Assembly: GCA_041650935.1 (NCBI GenBank)
Contig: JBAZKH010000004.1
Location: 5,040 to 69,039 of the forward strand
Source of the DNA: Candidatus Omnitrophota bacterium
GTDB lineage: Bacteria; Omnitrophota; Gorgyraeia; 2-01-FULL-45-10
Reading direction: 5' to 3'
Length of the DNA stretch: 64,000 bases
Positions within the stretch are counted from its first letter, which is position 1; the number at the start of each line of letters is the position of its first letter. Of this stretch, positions 34,990 through 44,860 are shown piece after piece. Made by a program: the position numbers and the translations under genes. The notes under the pieces were generated by a model. It was given only the letters and a program-made list of their open reading frames with translations, ran no database searches and was not told the origin of the DNA.

Positions 34990-37900
34990 ATGAAACGAAT
35001 AAATCGAGCGATTTCAGTCTTAATTTTAACCTCCTTTATATTCAATACTGCCGTATCGGACTTTGCTTACGGTGCGCCGATAAATTTAAAACCTTCCGTT
35101 GATAAACTTGCCCCGTCGTCTAAGTTCTGTGATCTGACCGGACGTATAGATAACCAGGATATTGCGAGGGTAGAGATGACCCTCGAGAGCCTGGTCTGGA
35201 AGGCGAGGAAATCCGACGGCACGCTCGATATCGAAAAGCTCATTAAAAACTCCAATGAATCTAGCGACAGCCTTTTCAAATCCCCCGTAAGGTTCGGAGA
35301 GGGGCTCCAGTTCTTCCCGCGCGAAGCAAAAGACTTACCCGGCGGATGCTGGCGTATTACCGCAAAGATAAACGACCGCCAAAATTTCAGCGGCAAAGGC
35401 TTTAGGACATATTATGCGGTACTTCCTGCGCATACCGATGCGCTCGGCGGATTCCCTGTAAGGGGTTATAAAGTAGAAGAGTGGCCGGCGGTAGAGAAAG
35501 AGATATTGGAGCGCGGGAAAACGCCTGACAGGGCGTCCGAAAGGTCCGAAGACGCTAAAGCGATCAACCGTTATAAAGAGAGTAACGAACGGATTATATC
35601 GACTTTTATCCGCGAACGTCTCTATGCGGGTGATTTCGCCGAAATAGAGGGGAGGGCCCATGCGCTCGACTGGGACGCGGAGTATCCGAACAGGATATCG
35701 CCTGATAGCAATCATAATGCCGCATACTGGACTAAAGATATAGAAGATATCTTCCGTAGTAATTCCAGGGAATTTTTTGATCTATTCGGCATAGAGTTCG
35801 ATAAAGTCTTCGGGAAGAAAAATTTCGTATTCATGAAGATCCCCAGGGGGATGGAAAGGCAGCTCGATATTATCGAGAACGGCGAAAGAGTACCGGTAAG
35901 AAGCCGCACGAGCAATAATGCCGTATACTTCTTCCTGAATGAAGATGATTTTAATGAGATCGGCAATTTATCGGCTTCTCATGATGTTGCACAGCTTCGG
36001 GAGCTTGTTATTAGCAGTATGCTGTTAAGTTTTATTCACGAGACAGGCGCCGCCTGCGGCCTGCCATTTTCCGTCCTGGAAGGCGGATTGGTCCAAAGCG
36101 ATCTGGACATAGCCTATAATACTTACTGGAGAATATTTACCGCGGCAACTTTAGAACCTATCGACGTACCGAAGGCTCGCCTCGCCGAAAAATTTTCCAA
36201 CCTTAAAAATCTAAAAGCCGTCGACCTTGATATTCTGCGCGGAGTGAATTTAGCCGGCGAGGAGTACAACCGTGACCTTGCGGCGGCAGTGTTTCCAAAA
36301 ACAGCGCGCGAAGCGACACGCGCACAAGATCTCCCGGGCGATCTGTTCCAGAGTTATGTACGCAGTAATGTGAATAATGTTACCGGGTTGGCTGCGTATG
36401 TGGAAAGCCGCCCGGCGCATGAGAGACCCGCTATTACCCAGAATATCCGCCGCATCCTGAGGGGTTTTCCCGTTGCCCGCAGGGCATTTAACCGCGCCAT
36501 AGCAGATAGCGCTATGAAGAACGCCGATAGCAGGTTAAAAGAGCTCGCCGCGGCCGTCCTGGACGATCGCGATATAAGAGGTTTCGATTTTTCTGTCCGA
36601 TACACCAATACCGGCAGGATTCCCGAGTACTACGAGACATTGCTGATAGATTTTGTAAACCCGCTAAGGCCCGGAGACAGCCAGGAGTTTGTGATTTCGC
36701 TGGTTGCGGGAACCGTAGGCTTGAAGGCCCTGTGGAATGGAGAACCTTACTACTATAGTAGCTTCTCCTCCGGCGGCGTACTGACTACTACCATAACAAA
36801 TGAATTCAAAGCCCGCCTGGCCAAAGTCAAAGAGGAGAATGCGTGGCAGGATTGGGCGCGTATTACGGACGAAGAAGCCGCCGAACAGCCCATTCCGCAA
36901 CCGAAAGGGCCTGTTGCCGGGGAATCCCTCACAAATCAGTCAAAAAGGAAGGTTCAGGAACTTGCTCTGGCGTCCAGGCGCGCTGCAAGGAAGGCCGCTA
37001 GAGAGCTAAAATGGGCCACAGGTTTAGTAGATGACGCAGAACCTCAAGATGCGGAGCCGGCGCTTCTCGCAGAGCCCGCCAAACCCGCGGCAAACCTGGC
37101 AACGATTGACGCTAAACATGCATATTTTTCTGAACTTCACCGGAAAGCCGGGGAGTTAGGCAAGAAAGCTGTGGTCGAGCTTCAGTTCCTTGAGGCCGAC
37201 GGCCGGATAGGCAGAGAGACCGTAACGCTTCCTATTGGTGAAGTCTCCAGGAATATGGATTGCCTGGTAGATTATCTTGCGACATTGCTTAACGTCAGGG
37301 GGCTAATAAACGGCGCAACAAAAGTTGCCGTTCTGACGAAAGAAACCGATGCCGGAGACATTATAGCGCGTTTACGCGAGCACCTGAGGGCGAATTTCGG
37401 AAAGACGGAATTTATGATGTCGTTCGGCCAGGGGATCAGCTTTACCAGGAAACCACTGAAGGCTGAAGCCCGAACCGAAAATAAGGCTAAGACTGTTCCG
37501 GTTGATTATGATAAAGGCGTCGGTGTTGGTTTTGACCTGGGCGGCCAGGGGATAAAATGGGCCCAGAGAACAAAGCCCGGCGAAAAGCCTGCTACCGGTC
37601 GTGTAGATATGGAAGAGCTTATGCGGCCCGGCGCTCTGGCTGGTTTCATCGAGCAAAAGATCAAAGAGACCGAGGAGTCGACGGGCCAGAAAGTAAGTCC
37701 AGGTCACCCCTGTATTATTACCATACCGGGTCCGGTTACACCGGATGGGCGTATAGTACTTATCACTAACCTGGAAAAGACAAGGCCTGGTACCCAGAAG
37801 GAACTTGAAGAGTTGCAGGCAAAGTATCCTCGCGGGACGATCCAGTTCCAGAATGATGCCAATGTGCCCGGCCACTTCTATACTGTATCCCAAAATATAA

Positions 37901-40900
37901 AAGGAAACGTTATCTTCAATACTCTCGGGACAGGCCTGGGGCTTGCGGTCCTCAAAGATCAAAAGTTGGGGCTGGGGCCGATGGAGGCTCATATAAAGAT
38001 GACCTCGGCGCCGGACGCCATTTATCATGATGGTTTTGGCATGAGTGGCGACCTTGAATCCTACGCGAATGCCGAGTTCGTGGTATGGAGAGCGAAGCAG
38101 CTTTGCGCGGAAAGAGGCGTTAGATGGATAGACGGCGCTTCCCCTAAAACCATTGCCAAATGGCTGGACCATCCTGTAGTAGATGCCGAAAAATATCTTA
38201 TTGCCAAAGATGTGTTTATGGAATTCGGAGAGAATCTCACCGTTCTTTATTCTGAAATTGCGCGTGTCCAGGAGGAAAACGAATGGACGGTCGTATGTAT
38301 AGGAGGTATTGCTCAGGGTAAAGCTATAGAAGCGATAATAAAGGGAGTGAACGCAGCGGTTAAGACGAAATATCCGCATTTAAAATTAAATATCAAAACT
38401 TTCCCCGAAGCCGCTTACGCAGGTGCCATAGGCGCTCTCAATCTGGGTATTCAGGCCGCCGCAGAGACAGCGAAAACTACTGTCGAAGCCGCGCGGAATA
38501 CCGGCGGAGACGGCCAGGCGTACGGTGATAGCAATAAGTCTACGGTGGAAGTTATTCGCGCAGCCGAATCTAAGTGGGGCGGAGAGCTCTGGAAAAAAGA
38601 AGAGCTCAAGGCATTTGTAGATGAAAAGTTTGATGCCGTAACGGCGCTTTCCGCCGGCCCGATCTTTGTGCCGAGATCCGTAGTCCCAAATGAGGCGAGG
38701 GTGGGCTTGACACCTATCGGCATCGCATTTTTACGCGCCATAGGTGTTAAAAATCCCATTTATGTCCAAGTGGGTTGCGGTGTTAATCGCGGCACAGGCG
38801 AAGTCTATTTTTCCGACGATGAATACCGTCGGGCAGGGGCCGAGGTGCTTACCTGGGATGCTTTTGTGGCGAAAGCGCAAAGCGTTGACCGGAAGACTGT
38901 AGTCAATACAAAAGATCCGCAAGAATCCGAATTCCCGATCCTCAAAGGAGCGACTTTATTTGCGTATTTACACCTGGCGGCGCATCCGGAGCTTGCCCGA
39001 AGGCTATGCGATGTCATTGAAACAGGTATTGGTTACGAAACGATCGCTTTCTATGACAACGGAGTTTTACGCACTCCCGTTCTTCGCCCGGCAAGCCGTC
39101 CGACAGGCTGGTTATCCGCGCTTCGTTATTTAGAAACGGTGCGTGCGAAAAAAGAAGGACTGGATTTAAAGTCACCCGCGGTGCAAGTTCAGATGGGGCG
39201 TTGGTATAATGAAGACGCCGGGCAGTATCCTATGATGCCGCGACATACTACAGGAGCCCTTTCCGGCAAGACGGTAGTTGTTTTAGGCGGAGGGGAAGTA
39301 GGCTCAAGCGCCGCATTTGCGGCCGCCGACATGGGAGCCGCTGTTTATGTCACCGAAATCAATAGCAATCGTATTACCGAACTTGAGCAGATGATAGCCG
39401 AACGGCGCATAAGAGGCGCCGCGGGTTCCGTAGAAGTGGTCGCGAGAGACCAGAGAACGCCTATCGGCCAGGACGGGATCGGCAAGCATTTGTGGGAAGC
39501 CGACGCCATAATCGGCGCCTGTTATGTCGAAGGTTCCAGGCCTCCCGTTGAGATCGACTATACGCTTTACCGGGCACTTGTTGAACATGGCAACCTTGAG
39601 TATATGGCGGATCCCCCGATTGACCAGGGAGGAAGTATCGCGATAAGGCCCGGCCCGGAAGCTTCTGTTGAGCATACTGTTGAGCATACTTATGAGGATG
39701 GCTGGATAATAGAAGACGGTGTCTCGATCTTTACCGTGAGGAATATACCGAGCCTTCTGTCGCTTCAAGTTTCTCTCGGCCTTGAGCGGGCCAAGATGCC
39801 GTATCTTGTAGCGTCTCTCATGGGGCTCGAAAAAGCGATCGCTGCTTTCCCCGAGTTTGCCAGGGGCGTTAATGTTTATAAGGGGGCAGTAACCCAAGAG
39901 AATGTTGCCAGAGACATCGGCAAAGAGTATCTTCCGCTGGATACCGCTCTTTCCGGCGCAGGGTTGGGCGCGAGGCCGACAGCCGAGTATGTACTGCCGG
40001 CAGGTATTAAGGTAAATGATGTGAATGGCGCGATAAATGTAAAAGTATTCGAGCGCGAGGCATCCTTTAGTGTTTCGGATAATGCCGCAGTGATCGAGCA
40101 AAAATTAAGGGATATTTTAACGCCTTACAACATGCGGATCGGGGAAGGATGTTTAATTAACACTTATTTAAAACGTAAAGTGCTGCTCCCGAAGTTTGTG
40201 CGCAGTGCCGAAGGACTTCGCGCCGTTATCGCGGAACTGTTCGGCAGGATAAGCATTACGCTGCCCGGCCGAAAAGACAGGATCGAGATAACGAATTCTG
40301 CCAGTGTGGTTACCGCTCAACTTAACATAAGTGAAGCATTCAGGGGTAGCGGTATAGATGCATATGCAATAGGCGGCGATATGGTTACGTTGACACGCCC
40401 CGGCGTGAGCAGGATTAACGTCCCCGTACCGTTAGAACCGGCCAAACTCCAGGAAGCCTTCGAAACGCTATATGGAGAAACTCCGGCTAGTGACGTGCCT
40501 GTAGCAGGGACGACGCTTTCACTGAAAGATATTGTCAGGCATGATGTATTGAACGCGCTCTTAAACATGGCCATCAACTATTCCCGTGGAAGAAATGATA
40601 ACTTTATAAAGCATGAATATGATGGCGATGCTGAAATCTACTGGATTAAAGGAGGCGATTTCCGCGGTCTGCTGCAGTATTTGCTTGATTGCAAGCGTGA
40701 AGACCTGAAAATGGCAAAACGGTCTGTCGAAAACGATACCGAGTTATTCACTCTACTCATGCGCAATATCTTGAGCAGGTCTTATATATCCAACGAGATA
40801 CGCGTGATGTATGATTTAAGCTCATTTGCAGAACAGGTCGACAGCATGTTTTTGCTGGACTACCAACTGTCGGGGCAATTTGAACACTTCGGAGTCGGCT

Positions 40901-43900
40901 CCGGTGTTTCCACCGGCCCCATAAGGATCTTTATGTCTTCAGGCATGAGAGAGCATAAAGATGAGATCATTGCTCACGTCAAGGCCGAACGGGCACTCCA
41001 CTGGGCGGTCATCAATAAGTATTTTAAAGGCAACCTCAATAACTATCGGGAATGGAGAAAAAGCAGGATATCTATTAAGATCAATGTCGAGATAGAAGCC
41101 GAAAATTATACGGAGAAAAAAGGTGCCGTTACCTTATTACAAATCGATTCAGGAAGTAAACAGTTAACTTATAACGAATTTGCGGAAGAGGCCCATAAAA
41201 CGGCCGATGTTATTGCGAATGTTTCCCGTTTCAAAGAAATCTACAAGCGGCAGGGGGGAAGAAATACATCTCTTCTGCATGGGGAAGTTTCGGTTGCCGG
41301 CACCGCCTCCGGGCAGGATGGAGGCAAGCCGGATGAAAGGAAGAAAGATCTCGCTGGCATGGTTAGAAGCCTGACCAAGGCTGGCAAGAGCCCGGAAGAC
41401 GCGATCATAATTATCGCGATGGAAGGCCTGCGTAAATTTACTATAGATAAGTATAAAAGTGTTTATGAGTTACAAAGATCGCGAGGGGTATTAAAGCTCG
41501 ATCCCCTTGCCGGCAGCGATTCTACCGTGAGGGATAACATCTACCGTGGTTCCAATTCGCTCGAGAGCCGGCATTTAATCGCGCCTATCTATGGCGAGGT
41601 TAATGTAAAGGGCAGGTCTGTGCGCGCATGGCAACTGACAAGGCGCGGCGCGGAGATGGCAGAAGCGATAAGGATAATAAGGATCACCATGCAGGATATT
41701 ATGACAACGAGCGAGTCTATGCGTGGTGAGATCGAGGATGGCGAAGCGAAATCTGTCGCTAAAGCACTAGAAAGCGAATGCAGACAGGTTTTCGATCTCA
41801 AAGGTCCGGAATTTTTTGCAGAAATGGGGAGTCCGATAAATTTTGCAAATGCGCTTTACACAGCGCATTTGTCGAGACTTATAACCGTTTTAAGCGGCCT
41901 GAGCGCCAGGGAACATTCGGATTATTTTGGGAAACTGTCCAATAAACTGCGTGGTTATCGTGATGCGCTTCGGACGGGCGCGGACAAATTTGCGGCATCC
42001 CTTAAAGGAGAATTTTCCGGGGGCTCGCGCATCGATTTACCCAAAGCTGCCGACGCCGGCGCGATAGGCGGCGCTTCCAATATGGGTGTCCAGGCGGCTG
42101 TGCGTGCAGGGACGGAAAGCGCAAGCGAGCCGCAGCCGGCTAGTGACGCGCCTGTGGCGGAAGACGACAAAATGTCGTCTATTTCGCGTCTTACGAAAAT
42201 TTTAGACAGGGCACGGGAGGAAGGGATAAGGAATGCCCTGTTTGTCTTCGATATCGGCGGGACCCTTACAGGATGGAACGATGTTAAAGTCAATGAAATG
42301 GGAGGATATCCCGAAGTAAACAAGAGCCTGGAATCTTTATTGAAGAATGGGTACTATTCCGGCGTGCCGGATTTTGCGCAGGTTGTTTCACTTCTGGCAA
42401 GATATGGACACAAGGTGGGATTTATAACTACCGCAACGCTGGAGGAGACTGTAGGGATATTGCATGAGACCATGAGGGTGGAAGATTTGAATAGTGTGGC
42501 GTTAATAGTCGCGAAAAAATCGAACTCGCAATATATTCCTTCCCTTGCGGGCAGGTTTGGTATCCCGGCCGGTTTAGCAACAAGCGGTGAGCTCATCAAT
42601 CATTTACAAACGGCATATCCCGGCATGGTGGTTGAGTTAAGCGCCCTTCCAAAGCCGGAGATCGTAACGTCTGTGCCAAGAGTTGAAGATCTGCTTGATA
42701 AATATCCCGTCATTGCCATAGGTGATAGAGAAGAGGATTGTTCTTGGACGCAGGCCCTAAGCATGGCCGCAGGCGTTCGGGTCCCGTCCATCGGTAAAGA
42801 CGCTATAAATAATGTTGCCAAGACGGCCGCCGCGGGAATAGAGCTTTTATTGGAAAAGGACCAGCCTGCCGCGCCGGCGAGTAGTACCGGAGAAACAGCG
42901 GAAGTAGGGGGCCTTGGCCGTTTTATCGATAGTTCCGATCTGGGAGAGCACTACCGCGCTGTTATGGATGAAAATCCCGGGCCGACGGATCGTATCAGCA
43001 TTATAGTGAGCGGCAGGATAAGCCAATTAGATGGAAGCAGTGATCCCGTTTCCTATAATATAATCATCGGTAACGGGTGTATTGAGATTTGGGAACGTGA
43101 CGCATGGGACGTAAGATGGTATCCGGTTAAAGCGGAGATGACAGGGGCAAGACAGCTTACCTTGAGAGGTTCTGGTAAATCCGAAGTTGTCAAATTACCT
43201 GCGAGAATATTTGATCTTGTGGCGGCTATTAATAATGTCCTGGGACATAGATTTGTAAGCGTCCCATCGGTGAAGTTATCCAAAATAGCCGAGGAATCAG
43301 AAATAGAAGACCATGGCAGCCGGCCGGCGCCGCAAAATTCGTCGAAGGCAGCGGCCCTTGCGAAGACGTGCGCGGAAATTAAAGCTATGAGCGAAATAGC
43401 GCCGCAGATAGGCGACATAGCCGAACTTGCCGGAAAACAGATGGACAGGGAAAAGGACGGGAAGTATACCCTAGCTGTGCCGCCGGAAATGTTCAAGAAT
43501 AAGTGGGAGTTCAATAAACGCCGCAGGGAGTATGGCGACAGGTTCAACCTGGTCGAGACGAGTGCGCTTACGGCATCGGCGGAGACGTTTGTTAATAATC
43601 TGTTGAATCCCAAAACCATTCCGGAAGATCAAAGAAGCAAAACGATTGCGCTTGTACCGAAGAGTTTATCCAGAGATGACCTGGCAAGGCTCAAGGATGC
43701 CAAGATAAGATTTATCCCGGTCAGCGACCAACTGGCAAGCGTGAAAAGCTATCCTGAAGACGACAGGAAAATATTCCAGGTAAATACTTTTGCCGCCATG
43801 CATTCTTTGCGTCACGTAAACGATTCGCACGATACCGCATCCGTAGTTTATAGGATATCGGCTTTCTACGCATTACGCCATATTACTTCAAAAGACGGCG

Positions 43901-44043
43901 TTAAGATCAGTATAGAGGATTTCATCAAGGCAGTCGTCGATGGAAATGTCGACATATTGATCGATGTCTGTTTCGAGCCGGTCCGTCCGAAAGACGCGGA
44001 GAAAGAGCATGATATGGTTTCGAAACCTCTGATATTTGCGTAA
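34990..44043 (+). CDS. Giant secreted or anchored multidomain protein (3,017 aa). It has a ROK/glucokinase-like ATPase, an alanine-dehydrogenase/transhydrogenase-like NAD module and a degenerate HAD-like module.
   Basis: ATG at 34990 with RBS GAGGAG at 34974-34979. Signal peptide MKRINRAISVLILTSFIFNTAVSDFAYGAP. Single ORF to TAA at 44041-44043. Confidence 0.85.
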   Translation: MKRINRAISVLILTSFIFNTAVSDFAYGAPINLKPSVDKLAPSSKFCDLTGRIDNQDIARVEMTLESLVWKARKSDGTLDIEKLIKNSNESSDSLFKSPVRFGEGLQFFPREAKDLPGGCWRITAKINDRQNFSGKGFRTYYAVLPAHTDALGGFPVRGYKVEEWPAVEKEILERGKTPDRASERSEDAKAINRYKESNERIISTFIRERLYAGDFAEIEGRAHALDWDAEYPNRISPDSNHNAAYWTKDIEDIFRSNSREFFDLFGIEFDKVFGKKNFVFMKIPRGMERQLDIIENGERVPVRSRTSNNAVYFFLNEDDFNEIGNLSASHDVAQLRELVISSMLLSFIHETGAACGLPFSVLEGGLVQSDLDIAYNTYWRIFTAATLEPIDVPKARLAEKFSNLKNLKAVDLDILRGVNLAGEEYNRDLAAAVFPKTAREATRAQDLPGDLFQSYVRSNVNNVTGLAAYVESRPAHERPAITQNIRRILRGFPVARRAFNRAIADSAMKNADSRLKELAAAVLDDRDIRGFDFSVRYTNTGRIPEYYETLLIDFVNPLRPGDSQEFVISLVAGTVGLKALWNGEPYYYSSFSSGGVLTTTITNEFKARLAKVKEENAWQDWARITDEEAAEQPIPQPKGPVAGESLTNQSKRKVQELALASRRAARKAARELKWATGLVDDAEPQDAEPALLAEPAKPAANLATIDAKHAYFSELHRKAGELGKKAVVELQFLEADGRIGRETVTLPIGEVSRNMDCLVDYLATLLNVRGLINGATKVAVLTKETDAGDIIARLREHLRANFGKTEFMMSFGQGISFTRKPLKAEARTENKAKTVPVDYDKGVGVGFDLGGQGIKWAQRTKPGEKPATGRVDMEELMRPGALAGFIEQKIKETEESTGQKVSPGHPCIITIPGPVTPDGRIVLITNLEKTRPGTQKELEELQAKYPRGTIQFQNDANVPGHFYTVSQNIKGNVIFNTLGTGLGLAVLKDQKLGLGPMEAHIKMTSAPDAIYHDGFGMSGDLESYANAEFVVWRAKQLCAERGVRWIDGASPKTIAKWLDHPVVDAEKYLIAKDVFMEFGENLTVLYSEIARVQEENEWTVVCIGGIAQGKAIEAIIKGVNAAVKTKYPHLKLNIKTFPEAAYAGAIGALNLGIQAAAETAKTTVEAARNTGGDGQAYGDSNKSTVEVIRAAESKWGGELWKKEELKAFVDEKFDAVTALSAGPIFVPRSVVPNEARVGLTPIGIAFLRAIGVKNPIYVQVGCGVNRGTGEVYFSDDEYRRAGAEVLTWDAFVAKAQSVDRKTVVNTKDPQESEFPILKGATLFAYLHLAAHPELARRLCDVIETGIGYETIAFYDNGVLRTPVLRPASRPTGWLSALRYLETVRAKKEGLDLKSPAVQVQMGRWYNEDAGQYPMMPRHTTGALSGKTVVVLGGGEVGSSAAFAAADMGAAVYVTEINSNRITELEQMIAERRIRGAAGSVEVVARDQRTPIGQDGIGKHLWEADAIIGACYVEGSRPPVEIDYTLYRALVEHGNLEYMADPPIDQGGSIAIRPGPEASVEHTVEHTYEDGWIIEDGVSIFTVRNIPSLLSLQVSLGLERAKMPYLVASLMGLEKAIAAFPEFARGVNVYKGAVTQENVARDIGKEYLPLDTALSGAGLGARPTAEYVLPAGIKVNDVNGAINVKVFEREASFSVSDNAAVIEQKLRDILTPYNMRIGEGCLINTYLKRKVLLPKFVRSAEGLRAVIAELFGRISITLPGRKDRIEITNSASVVTAQLNISEAFRGSGIDAYAIGGDMVTLTRPGVSRINVPVPLEPAKLQEAFETLYGETPASDVPVAGTTLSLKDIVRHDVLNALLNMAINYSRGRNDNFIKHEYDGDAEIYWIKGGDFRGLLQYLLDCKREDLKMAKRSVENDTELFTLLMRNILSRSYISNEIRVMYDLSSFAEQVDSMFLLDYQLSGQFEHFGVGSGVSTGPIRIFMSSGMREHKDEIIAHVKAERALHWAVINKYFKGNLNNYREWRKSRISIKINVEIEAENYTEKKGAVTLLQIDSGSKQLTYNEFAEEAHKTADVIANVSRFKEIYKRQGGRNTSLLHGEVSVAGTASGQDGGKPDERKKDLAGMVRSLTKAGKSPEDAIIIIAMEGLRKFTIDKYKSVYELQRSRGVLKLDPLAGSDSTVRDNIYRGSNSLESRHLIAPIYGEVNVKGRSVRAWQLTRRGAEMAEAIRIIRITMQDIMTTSESMRGEIEDGEAKSVAKALESECRQVFDLKGPEFFAEMGSPINFANALYTAHLSRLITVLSGLSAREHSDYFGKLSNKLRGYRDALRTGADKFAASLKGEFSGGSRIDLPKAADAGAIGGASNMGVQAAVRAGTESASEPQPASDAPVAEDDKMSSISRLTKILDRAREEGIRNALFVFDIGGTLTGWNDVKVNEMGGYPEVNKSLESLLKNGYYSGVPDFAQVVSLLARYGHKVGFITTATLEETVGILHETMRVEDLNSVALIVAKKSNSQYIPSLAGRFGIPAGLATSGELINHLQTAYPGMVVELSALPKPEIVTSVPRVEDLLDKYPVIAIGDREEDCSWTQALSMAAGVRVPSIGKDAINNVAKTAAAGIELLLEKDQPAAPASSTGETAEVGGLGRFIDSSDLGEHYRAVMDENPGPTDRISIIVSGRISQLDGSSDPVSYNIIIGNGCIEIWERDAWDVRWYPVKAEMTGARQLTLRGSGKSEVVKLPARIFDLVAAINNVLGHRFVSVPSVKLSKIAEESEIEDHGSRPAPQNSSKAAALAKTCAEIKAMSEIAPQIGDIAELAGKQMDREKDGKYTLAVPPEMFKNKWEFNKRRREYGDRFNLVETSALTASAETFVNNLLNPKTIPEDQRSKTIALVPKSLSRDDLARLKDAKIRFIPVSDQLASVKSYPEDDRKIFQVNTFAAMHSLRHVNDSHDTASVVYRISAFYALRHITSKDGVKISIEDFIKAVVDGNVDILIDVCFEPVRPKDAEKEHDMVSKPLIFA
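37510..38450 (+). other. ROK / glucokinase-like ASKHA sugar-kinase domain.
   Basis: VGFDLGGQGIKWA (the phosphate-1 DxGGT-type loop, from 37525), FQNDANVPG (the ROK NDAN motif), NTLGTGLGLAV (the phosphate-2 GTGxG loop) and ...CIGGIAQG... Confidence 0.55.
38680..39800 (+). other. Alanine dehydrogenase / pyridine-nucleotide transhydrogenase-like N-terminal and NAD(H)-binding domains.
   Basis: ...RVGLTPIGIAFLRAIG... followed by KTVVVLGGGEVGSSAAFAAADMGAAVYVTEINSNRITELE (a GxGxxG Rossmann fingerprint at 39275-39316). Confidence 0.5.
42200..42830 (+). other. HAD-like module with a degenerate motif I.
   Basis: LFVFDIGGTLTGW (42247-42267) is DxGGTL rather than DxDGTL. Downstream ...VIAIGDREEDCSWTQ... 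resembles a GDxxxD motif IV. It may be non-catalytic. Confidence 0.3.
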
Positions 44044-44056
44044 CCTTTGCTTTCTC

Positions 44057-44077
44057 CCCGGCAAGAAGCTTGCCGGG
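44057..44077. repeat. REP-A-related hairpin cccggcaag-aag-cttgccggg, with the REP-A arms in swapped order.
   Basis: A 9-bp stem with a 3-nt loop, 14 nt after the ORF3 stop. The arms are identical to those of REP-A but arranged as at a REP-REP junction. Confidence 0.5.
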
Positions 44078-44088
44078 ATAAGCCTGTA

Positions 44089-44097
44089 TGGTATAAT
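44089..44097 (+). promoter_or_regulatory. Extended -10 TGgTATAAT, giving a leaderless transcript for the response-regulator gene.
   Basis: TATAAT at 44092-44097 with TG at 44089-44090. The ATG at 44104 is 7 nt downstream, so the TSS falls at or near the A of the ATG. No RBS is possible. Confidence 0.4.
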
Positions 44098-44103
44098 ATC
44101 CCT

Positions 44104-44787
44104 ATGCGAATACTCGTTATCGAAGACGAGCGGAAGATAGCCGATTTCATCAGGCGCGGCTTAAAAGAAGAAGGCTATGCCGTCGATACTTCTTACGACG
44201 GCGAGAACGGCCTATTTCTCGCCAAGACCAATAACTATGACCTCATCCTTCTCGATCTTATGCTCCCTAAAATAGACGGTATTACGGTCTGCAAAAAGCT
44301 GAGAGCGGATAAGATCGTATCGCCTATCATAATGCTTACCGCCAAAGACGCCGTAAAGGATAAGGTCACAGGCCTCGACGCCGGCGCCGACGATTATCTG
44401 ACAAAACCATTTGCCTTCGAGGAGCTATTGGCCAGGATCCGCGCAATATTAAGGAAGAAGGGCGAACAGGAACAGGCGACGCGTCTTGCGGTCGGCGATC
44501 TTTCACTCGACCTCACGACGCATAAAGTTACCAGGGCGGGGAAAGATATAGAGCTGACTTCAAAAGAATTTGCGCTGCTGGAATACCTTATGAGAAACGC
44601 CGGCAAGGTTGTGACCAGGACGATGATATCCGAGCACGTCTGGGATATAGATTTCGACACGTTCACCAACGTCATAGACGTCTACATCAATTATCTCCGT
44701 AATAAAATAGACTCCGACGCCAGAGTGAAGCTCATCCAGACCGTGAGGGGAAGAGGATATATACTGAAAAGTGATAATGACAAATGA
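44104..44787 (+). CDS. OmpR-family response regulator (receiver plus winged-helix DNA-binding domain).
   Basis: MRILVIEDERKIADFIRRGL...DLILLDLMLPKIDG...LTAKDAVKDKVTGLDAGADDYLTKPF... followed by a trans_reg_C-like C-terminus ...LEYLMRNAGKVVTRTMISEHVW... Confidence 0.85.
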   Translation: MRILVIEDERKIADFIRRGLKEEGYAVDTSYDGENGLFLAKTNNYDLILLDLMLPKIDGITVCKKLRADKIVSPIIMLTAKDAVKDKVTGLDAGADDYLTKPFAFEELLARIRAILRKKGEQEQATRLAVGDLSLDLTTHKVTRAGKDIELTSKEFALLEYLMRNAGKVVTRTMISEHVWDIDFDTFTNVIDVYINYLRNKIDSDARVKLIQTVRGRGYILKSDNDK

Positions 44788-44811
44788 CAAAATCCGAATG
44801 ACAAATTAATC
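44772..44811 (+). promoter_or_regulatory. Conserved direct-repeat element, copy 1: gtgataatgacaaatgacaaaatccgaatgacaaattaatc. It spans the response-regulator stop codon.
   Basis: 35 of 41 positions are identical to 63513-63552. Three TGACAAA half-sites at about 14-nt spacing. An inverted copy tttgtcattg lies at 44825-44834. The element sits between the response-regulator and kinase genes. Confidence 0.4.
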
Positions 44812-44860
44812 ATTAAATATCAAATTTGTCATTGAACACCGTATTCTTGGGCAAAAATAT

